DNA of 64,000 bases from Octopus vulgaris. Its lineage: Eukaryota. Below are positions 1 to 13,089 of the stretch, in pieces. How positions within the stretch are numbered: position 1 is the first letter of the stretch; every line of letters starts with the position of its first letter. A program made the translations under genes and the position numbers. The notes under the pieces were generated by a model. It ran no database searches, was not told the origin of the DNA, and was given only the letters and a program-made list of their open reading frames with translations. Where the stretch lies: positions 83,762,001 through 83,826,000 of the forward strand of contig OX597815.1 of assembly GCA_951406725.2 (NCBI GenBank), given 5' to 3'.

Positions 1-26
1 TCAAGTTTCCGTAGCTTCACACTTAC

Positions 27-118
27 CTGAGGACCAACAAATATACACACTTTCGTACGGGCATCGAAGAGCTTTGGAGGCTTCAGACGAACTTCTTCAT
101 GAGCCACATCTCCTTGGT
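27..118 (-). CDS. Internal coding exon of an unidentified host gene (xQGDVAHEEVRLKPPKLFDARTKVCIFVGPQ)
   Basis: Minus-strand acceptor ...aatcttAG at 119-120 and strong donor CAG|GTAAGT at 21-29. The exon is 92 nt (phase 1 to phase 0), only one of three frames is open, and the sequence is non-repetitive. Confidence 0.55.
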
Positions 119-169
119 CTAAGATTATTTAAAAGTATTCTTTCTTTCACAATGTCATATGAAATGGAG

Positions 170-1800
170 TAACTAGACAGTCATTTCTGCTGTTGAGGTC
201 ACTGAAGAAAGGGTGCCGAAAAAGGAGCCGGGGAACGAAGGATCAGCTCTTATTTCATAATCTAATTATCAGGAACTGCAAGAGAAGACATACAAGCTTG
301 AGCATGGCATGGGTTGACTATCGCAAATCATACGATATGATAGCACACCCCTGGATGATAAAAACAATGGAAATGTATGGAGTAACAGAGAATATGAGAA
401 GCTTTATAAGGAATAACATAAAATACTGGAGAAGGGAATTGACAGCAGAGAAGCAGGTACTAGAAGTGAAAATTAAGAGAGGAATCTTCCAGGGAGCAGT
501 GTGTCCCCATTGATATTCGTGCTGAGAATGATCCACTTGAGTGAAATACTACAGAAAACAAAGTTGGGGCGTGAACTGGGAAGAGGTAAGGGAAAACTAA
601 ACCACTTGCTATTCGTGGATGACCTGAAGCTATTCACAAAAAGTGAGACTAAACTGGACAGCCTAGTTGAGTCTGTGCGGATTTTCCCAATTGATATTAA
701 GATGGAGTTTGGACTTTCAAAATGTACTTTGATTGTGATAAGACGAGGAAAGCTTGCCAGGACAGAAGGCATATGGTTGCTAGGTGGTGAAATGATGCAG
801 GCAGTTCAACCTCAGTCCAGCTATAACTATTTGGGAATACTTGAAGCAGATGGAATCAAACACCTCGACAGGAAGAAAAATACCAAAAAGAGTAGCTGCG
901 GCGAGTGAGCAAAATATTGTCTTCAAAGTTGAATACCAGACGTATAATTTCAGCAATAAACTCGCGCACAGTCGCAGTAGTTAGGAATGGCGCTGGAATC
1001 TTTGACTGGGCAGAGGAGGAGCTAAAGGAGATGGACAGGAAGTCAAAAAAGTTCCTAACGCTGCATCTACGTGCAAACAATGATCGCCTACACATGAGAA
1101 GAGCAAATGAAGGAAGGGGCTGGAAAAGTGTGGAAGAATGTGTGCGTATCGAACTCGAGAGTTTAATGAGATACCTAGCCCGAAGTAAAGAAACCTTGCT
1201 AGTGACAATTAGGAGCGAGGAAATATTGAGAGCACAGAAAAATAGGGAAAACAAAGGAAGGAGCAAAAAAGGAAATGAAGAAGAACTACACAAGAAGGGA
1301 CTACACAATCAATTCCATTTAGCCACAACAAAAGTTCCTGGAAAAGATAGGTGGGATTGGCTGATGAAAGGAACCTTAAAAAAAGAAACCGAGAGCTCTA
1401 TACTGGCAGCGCAGGACCAAGCTCTGACAACGAGTTTGAGTTTGAGAAATGAGCAAGTGTCTCCGCTGTGCCACATCTGCAATAGAGTGGATGAAACCAT
1501 TGATCGTAGCACGAACGAATTCCCTAGACTTGCCCAAAACCATCCTCAAGTTGTGGTGAAACGACCAGGTAGAACCTGTGCGAAAAGAGGGGGCGAAAGG
1601 GAAGCAAGATGTGGTATAAGCACAAACCGCAGAGCGTAACACAATCGGCGACTAGCAAAATCCTCTGGGATTCCGCAATCCAAAGAAACCGGATTTAGTG
1701 GTGGTGGACAAGGTGCATAACATATGTTATACAGTTGATTTTGCATGTCTCTTTGACCCAGGAACAGTCAAGAAGGAAGGTGCAAAGATATATAGATACA
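170..1800 (+). mobile_element. Decayed non-LTR retrotransposon, R4/Dong-like (RT + restriction-like endonuclease), frameshifted
   Basis: RT motifs [35 protein letters not shown] and LNHLLFVDDLKLF; KETESSILAAQDQAL; Zn motif CHICNRVDETID; REL motifs KILWD, KPDLVVVDK and VDFACLFD at ~1655-1760. Confidence 0.9.
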
Positions 1801-1802
1801 AC

Positions 1803-1866
1803 ACTCTATCAATCCGCGGACTTCATATATGTAACTCTATCAATCCATGAACTTCATATATGTAAC
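1803..1866. repeat. ~31-bp tandem duplication at the LINE 3' junction
   Basis: actctatcaatccgcggacttcatatatgta followed by actctatcaatccatgaacttcatatatgta. Confidence 0.8.
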
Positions 1867-2020
1867 CTAAAAAAATTAGATGTGATGTAGAGAATCATCA
1901 GTTTCAAATATTTATAGGCCCTGCTTGTATATATAATACACACACACATACACACACACATACACACACACACATACACACATACACACACATACACACA
2001 TACACATACACACACTTATA

Positions 2021-3510
2021 GTTGAAATTTACTGAAAAACAAAAGACAAAGACAGGTGTATGAACAACAAGCAGGTGTATTAATTTGACGCTCGAGAAAG
2101 TGAGCAAATGTTTTTCGTTTCGAGTCTACGCTCTTCAACAGAAAGGAATGAGAGAAAATAAAGAGGGAGAGAATAAAAAAAAAACACTCTGCATTTTGGG
2201 ATCAAACATGGCGACTGGTTGGGAAAAAAGTTTGAGAGGAGAGATATAAAGAAAGGGTGATAAGAAAGTATCGGTGGTCCCAAAAGGAAGGTGCGCGTGC
2301 GTGTGTGTGTATGTGAGAATTTGTGTGTGTTTGTGGATGGGGGATAGTGACTTTGACGTGTGGATGTGTGCGTGTGTAATTGTGTGCGCCTGTAATGTGT
2401 GGGTGTGCGGATGAAAGCGGATTATGGTGTGTGGATGTGCAGATGATGTGGGTGCTAGGAAGTGGTCAATGCTAGTATGTGGGGAGTAGAGTGGGTGGTG
2501 TGTTGGTGTGGGGGTGTGGAGTGGTGTAGCCTGGGGATGTAGGATAGGGTATGTGGAAGTGTGTGTGTGGGGTGGGATGTTATCAATGAAAAGAAAAGGT
2601 GGGTTGAGAGTGAAGAAAAGAAGCAGGTGTCAGCGGAAGAGAGGAGATGAGAGGTAGGAATTAAGAAAACTAGGTGTCAGATGAAGAGAGGTGTGAAGGG
2701 GAGTCAGATGAAGAGATGAGGGGAGTTGAACCAATGTGGGGCAAAGGAGCGAAGAGAGAAGATTAATTTCTGTTCATGGCGAAGGCAGAGGTCCGGATGG
2801 TCCCTGTGCAAAGACAATCCGAACAGAAACAGGTGTTGTAGTGAATGACCGGTAGTGCGGAAATGGCGCGTCTGATGTCTCGGAGGTGCTCCCCGAACCG
2901 GTCAGACAATCGGCATCCCATTTGGCAAAAAAAAGCAGGAGATGCAGTAAATGACGTTGCTAGTAGTGCAAATAAAGGAGTCGGTGATATGATAGGGATG
3001 ACGATGGGTGCCTATGAGGATGGTGGTGTTGAAGAGGTAGTGGCAAGTGAGGCAGCAAGGGAACAAGCCAGGTTGGGAGGTTGGGTTAGGGAAGAAACTG
3101 TGGACCAGGAGATCACGCAGGTTGTGGACTCGTTTGAAGGGCAGAAGGAGTAGGTTGGGGAAAATGTACGAGGTGGAGTGGTCGGACTTGAGTAGCAGGA
3201 AGGCTCGGAGAATGGTGCATTGGAGGTGTGGTAGGTGAGGGGAAACAGCAGACGGGCAACGTTGGTGTGGGTGCGGGGAGAGAGCAGAGTCACGGTCCAC
3301 GGAACATGCTCTGACAAGGGCTGTGTGGATAGTGGCGAGTGGATATCCACGAAGGATGAACTGGCGAACCATGATTTGAGACTGTCTCAAAGTCATGGTT
3401 GCCACTGCAGAGCCGACGCAGACCGGAAGAGTTGTGAGTATGGGATGGAGAGCTTGGTGTGGGTAGGTTGGGAGGAGGAGAAGTTAAGGTGTGGATGTGA
3501 GTCGGGTTGT
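2021..3510 (-). mobile_element. Penelope-like element 3' fragment (RT thumb, Zn linker, GIY-YIG endonuclease, CA-rich 3' UTR, terminal pLTR)
   Basis: Minus-strand peptides RGYPLATI, LFPLTYH, FKRVHNLRDLLVHS, CLTC, FICTTSNVIYCISC, RLSDRFGEHLRDI, HFRTTGHS and EQKLIFSLRSFAP. The pLTR at 2021-2200 has a hammerhead-like motif. Confidence 0.85.
2111..2146 (-). ncRNA. Minimal hammerhead-like motif in PLE pLTR (CUGUUGA variant core)
   Basis: Reverse complement reads ccttt CTGTTGA AGAG cgtaga CTC GAAAC G; the cleavage triplet is degenerate in this copy. Confidence 0.5.
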
Positions 3511-3563
3511 TAGTAGTGGATGGAGGTAGTGAGAGCGGAGTGGTGTATGTATATATATGCATA

Positions 3564-3941
<378 letters not shown>

Positions 3942-4570
3942 TAGAAATTGTGTACAGTTTTGGAAATCAAATGCCCAGCAGATGATAACATACAGCTAAA
4001 GATCAGCAAAAAATAAAACACTCACGTAGAACTATTGAGGAATCTATAGATACTTTATAAATAGTTCAGGTTTATACCTGTAACTATTGGGGAACTGGGA
4101 TATGCAACACACTGCCTAAATACCAATCTTGAGAAATTGGTAGGCTTCTCAAAGGCTGAAAGGAGGAAGCTGATTCGAAGACAACAGAGCCAAGCTATGC
4201 CTGTGACTGTAAAAATCTGTAAAACTTTCCAAAAGTTTGTCATTCAAGTATATACGAGCATGTCTAGATATGAAAGTATATGCATGAGAATACATACATA
4301 AAACAAAACATACAAATCTGCACATATACATACATTCATACATACATGCATACATAAATACATACGTACATACATACATACATACATACATACATACATA
4401 CATACATACATACATACATACATACATACATACATACATACATACATACATACATACAAAAGTACCTTGTCGATGTGATTGAAATCGCAATGATGGTGCT
4501 TAGATGTTTTAGAAACCAGCTCTTACTCGATTGGCAAGAAATCTTGAGATAAAACTGAATAATGACATGC
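3942..4570 (+). mobile_element. 3' end of a second REL-type (R4/Dong-like) LINE family embedded in (CATA)n
   Basis: Peptides EIKCPADDNIQLKI, ELLRNL, FRFIPVTIGELGY and TVKICKTFQKF, then a 3' UTR with (CATA)n tracts. Confidence 0.7.
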
Positions 4571-4675
4571 ATATTTACATAAATACATACATACAGACTC
4601 ATATACATACATAAATACATATTTATATACATACATGCCTATATACATACATACATACATACATACATACATACA

Positions 4676-4706
<31 letters not shown>

Positions 4707-6202
4707 GCATGGTAAGCTTTGCGTAAGTATGTATATTTGCTTGAATATGAACATATGCTTGCGTGTCTCTGTGCTTGTGAATCTGATTATTTGTGAAGAT
4801 ACACACACGGGTAGATAGACATACGTTTTTTTCCAAAATGTTATCTTAATTTCTATCTACGTAAGAGTTTGATAACTCCTGCAAGGAAATATATTATATA
4901 TATTGGTATATTATATATTTTTTAATGTAAATATTTTCAAATGCATAAATAAAGTTCTTGGGAACAGCTTAAATATCAGAAGCAACATTTGTCTTTTTTT
5001 CACTGCCAGAACATCTCTTTTAACACTGGTACGAAATTGATATTTTCCCAAAGAGTTCTAGATATATTCAACAAACACACATCTATAACTAAAATTCTTT
5101 GGAAAGGCATAAATATCACAACTCATTTGTTTCATTTTCTTCCAGTTTTTCTCCTTCTTCTAGAAAGTATAACGCTTCGTATGTAGAAATAAGGAATTGA
5201 TGTATTTTCAAAAAAGTGTATGTAAAATATATTTCGGAAATATAGTATTATATTTTCCAAAATTAAGAAAAAATATTAATATTAAAAATACATTTGAAAC
5301 AAACAACTGAATATATAAAATACATAGATATATTGCCAAATGCAAGAAATATTTCAGTCGAAATAATATCAGTCGGAGGTCTGAATTACATAGAAACATA
5401 GCAGGATAATTTTGGCTACAAGCTAATAAAAATATGTCTCCGTAAATCTCATTAGTGAAGTTCAAAGCTTGCCTGAGGACGTAAAATGTTGAGGGGAAAT
5501 GGTAGCTATATGCACCCGCTTGCACAAAAAATGTAAAAGCACACACAGTAACATGCTCACATATGTACGCACTTCCTTATTCACAAACAAGCACGCCTAC
5601 TTTGACGAAAAAATGTTTGTGAACAGATTAGCATAATACATACATATATATGTATTATGTCTTTATAATGCACACATATATATAGGCACATTAGCATGCA
5701 GGTGTTGGTATAGATATTTATGTATTGATATACAGATTGTACAAATTATATTTTTGCCGATATTTGCATATTTCAGCAATACATTGTTGATCTCCGTGCG
5801 AAAATTAGATAAGAAAAGGAATAATGAGAATAGCAACAAGAACAATAATAAAACTATAAAATGATAATGACAACAACCTGCTACAAAAAAGGAGAAGCAT
5901 CTGCTTTTCTGTGCCAGAGGAAATGAATTAATACAAAAGCAAACAAATATAACATACAGGATCCTATTTCATGCTCGTTATCTCTTTTATCTAATTAAAT
6001 ATTTTTGACACTAGACTATTAAAAACATATTACCTTTAAATAAATATATACACATACATACAGGCATATATACAGAAACTCACAACCACTTACTTAGCTT
6101 CTGTATTTCGACTGATATATTTCTTGCATTTGGCAATATGTATTACTTCTATGCATGGTGTATGTGTTTATGCGACTTAGCTTCTGTATTGTCGATGCTT
6201 AC

Positions 6203-6379
6203 TTGTGAATGTGTATGATGTATGGCAGTTGAATTCGCAGAATTCCTTGATGCATAGTCATGCATCCATTTTGTAATAAATTTAGCATCGTTTGGAATTC
6301 TGATGGTGATGCGTTTAGCACGACATGTACCGTCACATAGTAGCCATCTCGCGAAGCAACTACTTGAATCACCGTTCAT
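6203..6379 (-). CDS. Candidate first coding exon (MNGDSSSCFARWLLCDG...HTHSQ)
   Basis: 59 open codons from an ATG ending at the phase-0 donor CAA|GTAAGC. Unique sequence; no recognised homology. Confidence 0.22.
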
Positions 6380-8009
6380 TTGATATTATTTGGGTTCGTA
6401 TTTCATAGTTAGTAATCAGTATAGGATTTTCGTTTCCTATTTAAGGTATCTTGGAAGATTTAAATAGATTACTGCGAGCTAAGTACTCACAGCTGTAACG
6501 CCACGATGTTGGCATTGGTTAAGATTGGGGATCTGTCCTTTTTTTCAACCTATTTATTTAGATCTATATTGACTGCGACAGCGATACTGATAAAAGCAGA
6601 GAAAAGTTTCTGCACGAAAATCCATGTGACAAATTGGGAGCAACATGGAACTTTATTTTAATATAAACTAGTGTATCCGTCCAAGAGACAATGAAACATG
6701 GGATATCTTCCCATCGACCTTTGAACTTACGATCTGATGTAATATACATAAAATCATTTGTAGCGCTTTATAAGTCATTCACTTTTACCAAATATGAAGA
6801 TTGTTGTTTAAATAGAGGACAATCCCGAACAAGGTCACTTATTAAAGGTGTTTCAATACCATTAGTACATGTTTTTCCATATTTTGCTCAATGTGCTGCT
6901 TTCTAAATGATTGTGAAATGTTATTTATGAGAGCCATTGCTACTAAAACTAACATGTGATCGAACAGCACATTGTCTTCTAATTATGCAATCGTTTACAT
7001 ACTGAAGCATGTTTTTCTGATCAACATTGCCCTTACATGGCTTTGTAAAACCATTCGTACCGTAAACTCAGCAAATGGAAATCAATTCCTTGTTGAAATA
7101 TAACACGAAGTTAAGGGGGAAATATTAACATAAATATAAAGTTGGCATCAATAAACACTATCCTTCCCTGCACAAGTTTCCCCGTAATATGGTCAATGTG
7201 TTGCACAGAATAACATAAAGTAATATGCAAGAAATATGTTTGTTGAATACAAATAAACAAAGAGATAAAATGTTGCAGAAACTAGATAAAATTCATTTTT
7301 AGTAACTCTCCTGTGATACATATTGATTATACCGCTGGTGATGCAAGATCTGCAAAAAGCAACAGCACAGTGTACTCTCAGCAAAACCAACATCAGCGAT
7401 AGTTCAAAATAAACCTGGCCCTTAGAAAACAATTATTATCTGGCGATGTCATATATAAGAAGATATATTTAAACACGAAAAATATACGATAAATATCAGA
7501 TATAAAATAATTTACGAATTAAACAAAAGACAAGAAAACTTTGGTTAATAATATAAAAAAAGGTAACAGATAACAAAATGCAATTATTTACTGTAATAAT
7601 TATCGATAATCTACATGCACATGATGCGATCGTAGGCACTTGAGCCGTGGCTAGAGGCGCTAGATATTCCATTGACATTCTCACCAACTTGAGTTTGCAG
7701 TGGATCGTTGTCAAAGGCAACGTGGCTGATACAAATTTCGAAATTTAAACGAATGTATGACAATAGTAATGACAGTGAACGGACGTTCAGAAAGTTTACT
7801 AAAAATGAGGATGGTAGGTGTAAGCTTCACGTAAAATATCTATCTAAATTTAGAAATAAAATCTCAGTTAACGTGATGATACAGATTCACAGATTTGAGG
7901 GGACATAATTTGAGGTCGAATGTTTCGTATCTTCATTCATGCACATGAGTACTTTCAGTGCTCTAGCAAATGATATATTTACAATTATTCATAGTGATTA
8001 TTCCATATA

Positions 8010-8320
8010 TGCATGGCTCAGTGATTAGAGGTTGTGAGCTCGAATCCCGGACCGGGCTGCGTGTTGTGTTCTTGAGCAAGGCACTTTATTTCACGTTGCT
8101 CCAGTTCACTCAGCTGTAGAAATGAGTTGAGACGTCACTGGTGCCAAGCTGTATCGACCTTTGTCTTTCCCTTGGATAACACTGGTGGTGTGGAGAGGGG
8201 AGGCTGGTATGCATGGGCGACTGCTGGTCTTCCATAAACAACCTTGCCCGGACTTGTGTCTAGGAGGGTAACTTTCTAGGTGCAATCCCATGGTCATTCA
8301 TGACCGAAGGGGGTCTTTAT
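8010..8320 (+). mobile_element. tRNA-derived CORE-type SINE (family B)
   Basis: A-box tggctcagtg, B-box-like gctcgaatccc, and CORE-like gttgtgttcttgagcaaggcactt...ctcagctgtagaaatgag. Near-identical copies at 19432-19745 and 33980-34235. Confidence 0.85.
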
Positions 8321-8334
8321 TATTATTTATAAAG

Positions 8335-8726
8335 TTCAGTAAAAATTTGGATTCAGATGAATATGGTACTTAAGTTGAAGGCACCAGAATTTAGTATGGT
8401 ATTATCCATACAATTTAGAATATGATGATTATAATCAAAATAAGCAACAAGGATATCTAGAGGTAATGCAACACGATCGTTTCATGCGACTCCATTTAAT
8501 TGAAAAATGCAAACATTACATCAATTTAAAATGTAGAGCAATCTTGGAGATTTTGGATAAAATTATACTAATGAGTCCTTCGAATTTAATTAAATTCTAT
8601 ATTTTTGTGCAACTGAAGATTGATCTACATTTTAAATTGACGTAATGTTTGCATTGTTCAATTAAATGGAATCCCATGAAACGATCGAACTGCATTACCT
8701 CTGGATATCCTTGTTGCTTATTTTGA
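8335..8726. mobile_element. PLE-pLTR-like element as an inverted duplication (arms 8435-8545 and 8616-8726) with a hammerhead motif
   Basis: The arms are reverse complements. tgcaa CTGAAGA at 8608-8619 is followed by GAAAC GATC G at ~8678. The left arm read in reverse gives GAAAC GATC GTG ttgca. Related copies at 19780-19890 and 25351-25410. Confidence 0.7.
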
Positions 8727-8768
<42 letters not shown>

Positions 8769-9880
8769 ATATGTGTTCCTATTTATATATATACACATAA
8801 GCACAGCCCACCACACACACATGTACACACATATATACATGTCTGCTTTGTATATGCGTATTCGACTGATTATGTTTGTATATGTAATTATATACGTAGT
8901 GGAAGATTAAAGGGGAATTGTCTTCTTCCCCAAAATGATATTTTCTTTTGAATGCAGAGAACGAAGCACTACGTATAAGATACTGGTGACATTAATCCTC
9001 AATAATCCGAGACAACATTAATCTGTATTTATAAGATACAATATTAATCATTACTTATTAGAAACTATCCAATAAAACCCTGTTGTATTTTATATACTAA
9101 ATTAGATCGAGATATTTGAATAACAAGCCTTTTGAGTTGCTAAGAGAAAAATGATGTACACACACACATACATGTATGTATGTATGTATGTATGTATGTA
9201 TGTATGTATGTATGTATGTATGTATATATGTATGTATGTATGTATGCATGTATATAATGTTTTTTGAAACTACCTATAAACAATAAATATTTTCCAAAAG
9301 GTGGTCACAACTTTTCTTCTAAATTTTTTCCGTAATATTTCGACACCAAATTTGGTTATTAATATTCGCATTGGTTCATCAATTTGTGGAAGTAAGAATA
9401 TACTGCCATCATATTTGCCGTTGATATTACCAATATTTATCATAAATCCTTTCCAGAAGTTAAGCTTATTTCTATCGGAGACTTTCATATAATACTATTG
9501 ACTACAATTTCAACAAAATCACACAATTGTATCATATCAGATTTGAAATATAATATATTTATAAGCTTTCTCTCACTGAATATTTTTTTATCACTGACAC
9601 GAAATTGAAAACCAGAAAGGAGTCTCTAATTCTGTAACATTAGTATCTACGTACTGCAAATATTAATACAAGTAAGCGCTGTCTTAGATAATAAAGCAAC
9701 TTTTCTTGGAATAATTTCTTGCAAACCAATATCTCATTATTTATTTATATTCTGCTTCACTTACAATGGAAGTCTGGATCTCAGAGAAGCTTAGTAAGGA
9801 ATAATAATTATTTATTAATAGCTTTCTTAACTTTTAAATATTTGTTTTGGCTCTAAAGATCTAGACTTTGTTCACATTTA

Positions 9881-11495
9881 CACTGGCGAAAATAAATTTA
9901 AAACCGATGATAAAAGTTCTATTTCTTACAAAATATTTTGTTACTAATACCGTACAAATTATTCTTACCTTTTACACCTTAAGCAAAATTTATTTCTCTT
10001 TCGAAGGATGCAGACAATAACTATGTTTATACAACTTGAAGAATTCTAATGCTAAATTAATATAAACGTTTCAAATTTACCGGCAAAATTAGTTTAAGAC
10101 CATGTAATATGTATGCAATTTTTTTTGCCAAAATGGGTGGTCGCACAGCTAGTCTAACTGCACTATATAATGTTATAATTTAACGTTATTATACAATTGA
10201 TTAATAATGGGAAAACAACAAAGCCTCAATCCAGTCACGAGAACAAAAATCGTATTACTCCACCAGCAAAAAGTTTCCTTTTCGAACATCAGCAAGCAAC
10301 TAAAGTGCAGTAAAACGACTTGCGTGCAAGCGTGGAAGTGATACTCGGAGAGGGGTCAAAGGGCTGGCGCCCCAAGACAAATGGCAGCGTAGTTGGACCG
10401 TCGAATCCACCGACTTTCGGTAGACAACTGCATGCCGACAGCCGTTGACATTTGTAAACAAGTGTCCAACGAGAATGGTGTTATTTTTAGACCACAATCC
10501 GTCCGCAAATGTTTGAGAGAATTTGGACAACATGGACGAATCGCTAGGAAAAAGTCAATTATATCCGAAAGAAATCGACTCAAACGCCTAAATTTCGCAA
10601 AAAGCCATGTTCAATGGACTGCCGAAGATTGGTGCAGGGTCCTTTGGCGTGACGAGTAACGCTTCTGTATATTTGGATCAGATGGTAAAACATACGTCAG
10701 ACGTCGCCCAGCCGAGGAGTTCCATCCAAAATGGGTGCAAAAGACGGCGCAAGCGGGGGTGGGGGTGTGATGGTGTGGGCGGCATTTAGAAGCTTTAGTG
10801 TTGGCCCTCTAGTTGATGGAAAGCTAAATAGTGTAGGTTATATGAATCTACTAAAGGATAATGTTGTGCCATATTTGACTCACCAAATGCCTCCAGGGGC
10901 TATTTATCAGCAGGACAATAGTCCTGTGAACGAAGCCAAAACAGTTACGGAATTTTTTGATCACCATAATATTGACGTAATCGAATGGCCTCCCTAGAGC
11001 CCGGACCTGAATCCGATCGAGAACTTGTGGAATTATGTTTCCAAAAATAGTCCATGCTAAAAAACCATCTAATCCAAAACAATTATTCGATTATATCAAT
11101 AAAATATGGCAACATACTCCCACAGAATTTGTAATCACTTAGTGGATTCAATGCCGAGGCGTTTTTCAGCCGTTATTAAGAATAAAGGCTACGGCACAAA
11201 GTACTACTATGTATTTCGTTCTTGTTGCTCATTTTTGCTACAATCTTAAGCTTTAAATACAATTATAATGATACGGTCTTAAACTAATTTTGCTGGTAAA
11301 TTTGAAACGTTTATATTAATTTAGCATTAGAATTCTTCAAGTTGTATAAAAATAGTTATCGTCTGCATCATTCGAAAGAGAAAGAAATTCTGCATAAGGT
11401 GTAAAAGATAAAAATAATTTGTATGGTGTTAGTAACAAAATATTTTGTAAGAAATAGAAATTTTATCATCGGTCTTAAATTTATTTTCGCCAGTG
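9881..11495 (+). mobile_element. Full-length decayed Tc1 (DD34E) DNA transposon with ~220-bp IR-DR TIRs and TA target duplication
   Basis: TA|CACTGGCGAAAATAAATT...AATTTATTTTCGCCAGTG|TA; TIRs at 9881-10101 and 11275-11495. Confidence 0.95.
10207..11207 (+). pseudogene. Tc1 transposase pseudogene
   Basis: ATG at 10207; ARKK..ISERNRLKRLNFAKSH, WCRVLWRDE, GGGGVMVWAAF, YQQDNSP, WPP*SPDLNPIENLW. 34 residues between D2 and E. Contains stops and frameshifts. Confidence 0.92.
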
Positions 11496-12687
11496 TATAT
11501 AGTTTTGCAGTTTATATCATGTAAAAGAACGGCTTGAACATCCGAACAACATATTCGACAGACTTCTTTCCTTCACTTAAAAATTTTCTACGTGACTGTT
11601 AAAGCTCGTTTGACACCTATATTCTGAAGTTTATAGATGTGTGATAAAATATTCAAGATTTGAAGGCTAACACGCAAAGAGGAAAGTTGGAAGCTGGCAC
11701 GATAAAAAGCAAATCTTTCTTGAATTCGACATGGTGTCTAAAAGCTTATTTCATATTTTCGGACCAATTCTCAAAAAAGATTACTTTTAAGTTACGACGA
11801 AGTTGCTGTTTTAAAAAAACATTAATAGCTCATGCTGCAATATCCTTTAACTACAAGTAAGATGCCATTGAGTCACAGGCTCAGTGGATTTCCACAATAA
11901 ACATTCTTGTACAGTCTGATTTCATATTATACTGCGAGCCAATACTCTCAGACATTTGAACAATATAGTTAAAATATAGTGCAGTTATCTCAAATAGTAG
12001 AAAGAGAGTAATCTGTTTTAGTTTAATGTAGCTATCATTCATAGTTAGGAAGTTGATATTCCAACGTATATTACAGGTTAATAATTCTTATTTAAATATT
12101 ATCTCCCAGATTGCACGACCTAAACTAAAACACAGGTAGATTGCTTTGTTTCTAAAAACCAAATTATACGACAACACACCTCTCCAAGTTTTTTTATATA
12201 TAGATCAACCAGTGAGTTTTCTCATTGTATTCAGAGGTACAATAAGAAAATCGTTGCAAGCTACTACAGGTTCTGGCACAATCATCATTTATACTCATTT
12301 AGATTGAAAGAAATGTACTCAGCTTCCCTCTCCCTATTAGTTTCTAAATTAACGGATGCCTTAATTTGCATGCATTAAGAGCCTGGAAGGACCAAATAAA
12401 TATTGACTATATTTTACAAGGATTTTCAGAATCTAACATAGCCAGTGATATCCCTGAAAGAAGAAAATAAAAGCAAGAAAAAAAGACGTTTAATCCATTT
12501 GCTTCTGTGGAAACCAGCTTATGATCATTTTCTATCCGTTCGAAATAACCGGCCAACCTATTTGGCCGGAACCTCAAATATATATTTCAAAAGTAGCTAC
12601 TCTTGACACCCAGACAGCAAATCTGAGTGCTCATTCCTGCTCCACGGTAACTACAGCCACGAGCAGAATTATTTACACCGAAACAAA

Positions 12688-12875
12688 GGCAGTGAGCTAG
12701 CAGAATCGTTAGCACGATGGGCAAAATGCTTACTGGTATTTCGTCTGTTTCAACATTTGGAGTTCAAATTTGGTTAACTTTGCCTTCCATCCTTTCCAGA
12801 TCGATAAAATAAGTGCCAGTTGAGCACTGGAATCGATGTAATCGACGTGCTTACTTTCCTGAAACTGCTGGTCTT
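12688..12875 (+). mobile_element. tRNA-derived SINE family A (Meta-domain type), diverged
   Basis: ggcagtgagctagcagaatcgttagcac ... gagttcaaat ... gccttccatcctttccagatcgataaaataagtgcc. Confidence 0.8.
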
Positions 12876-13089
12876 GTTGTCTTAATGGTCATGGAGGTAT
12901 ACGACCACGCTTAATGTATCAAAAGCATTCCCACACCATGTAAACAATTCTACACGAGGGTGTTCTTATGGAAGATTATCGACCTTATAATCTTCATGCT
13001 CAAGCAACATCACCTTCGGATTCCAAGTTTTACCTCAAATATAAAAGGTTCCCACCAAAGATCAAAGAAGCAGAGGCTCTCTCAAAGCA

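Noticed and set aside
1361-1400. CTGATGA motif (also at ~60193 and ~63044)
   Set aside because: Lies inside retroelement coding sequence with no matching GAAAC/NUH or stems; not a hammerhead.
4027-4217. Apparent minus-strand exon with splice-like signals
   Set aside because: All minus frames contain stops; the plus strand encodes a REL-LINE C-terminus.
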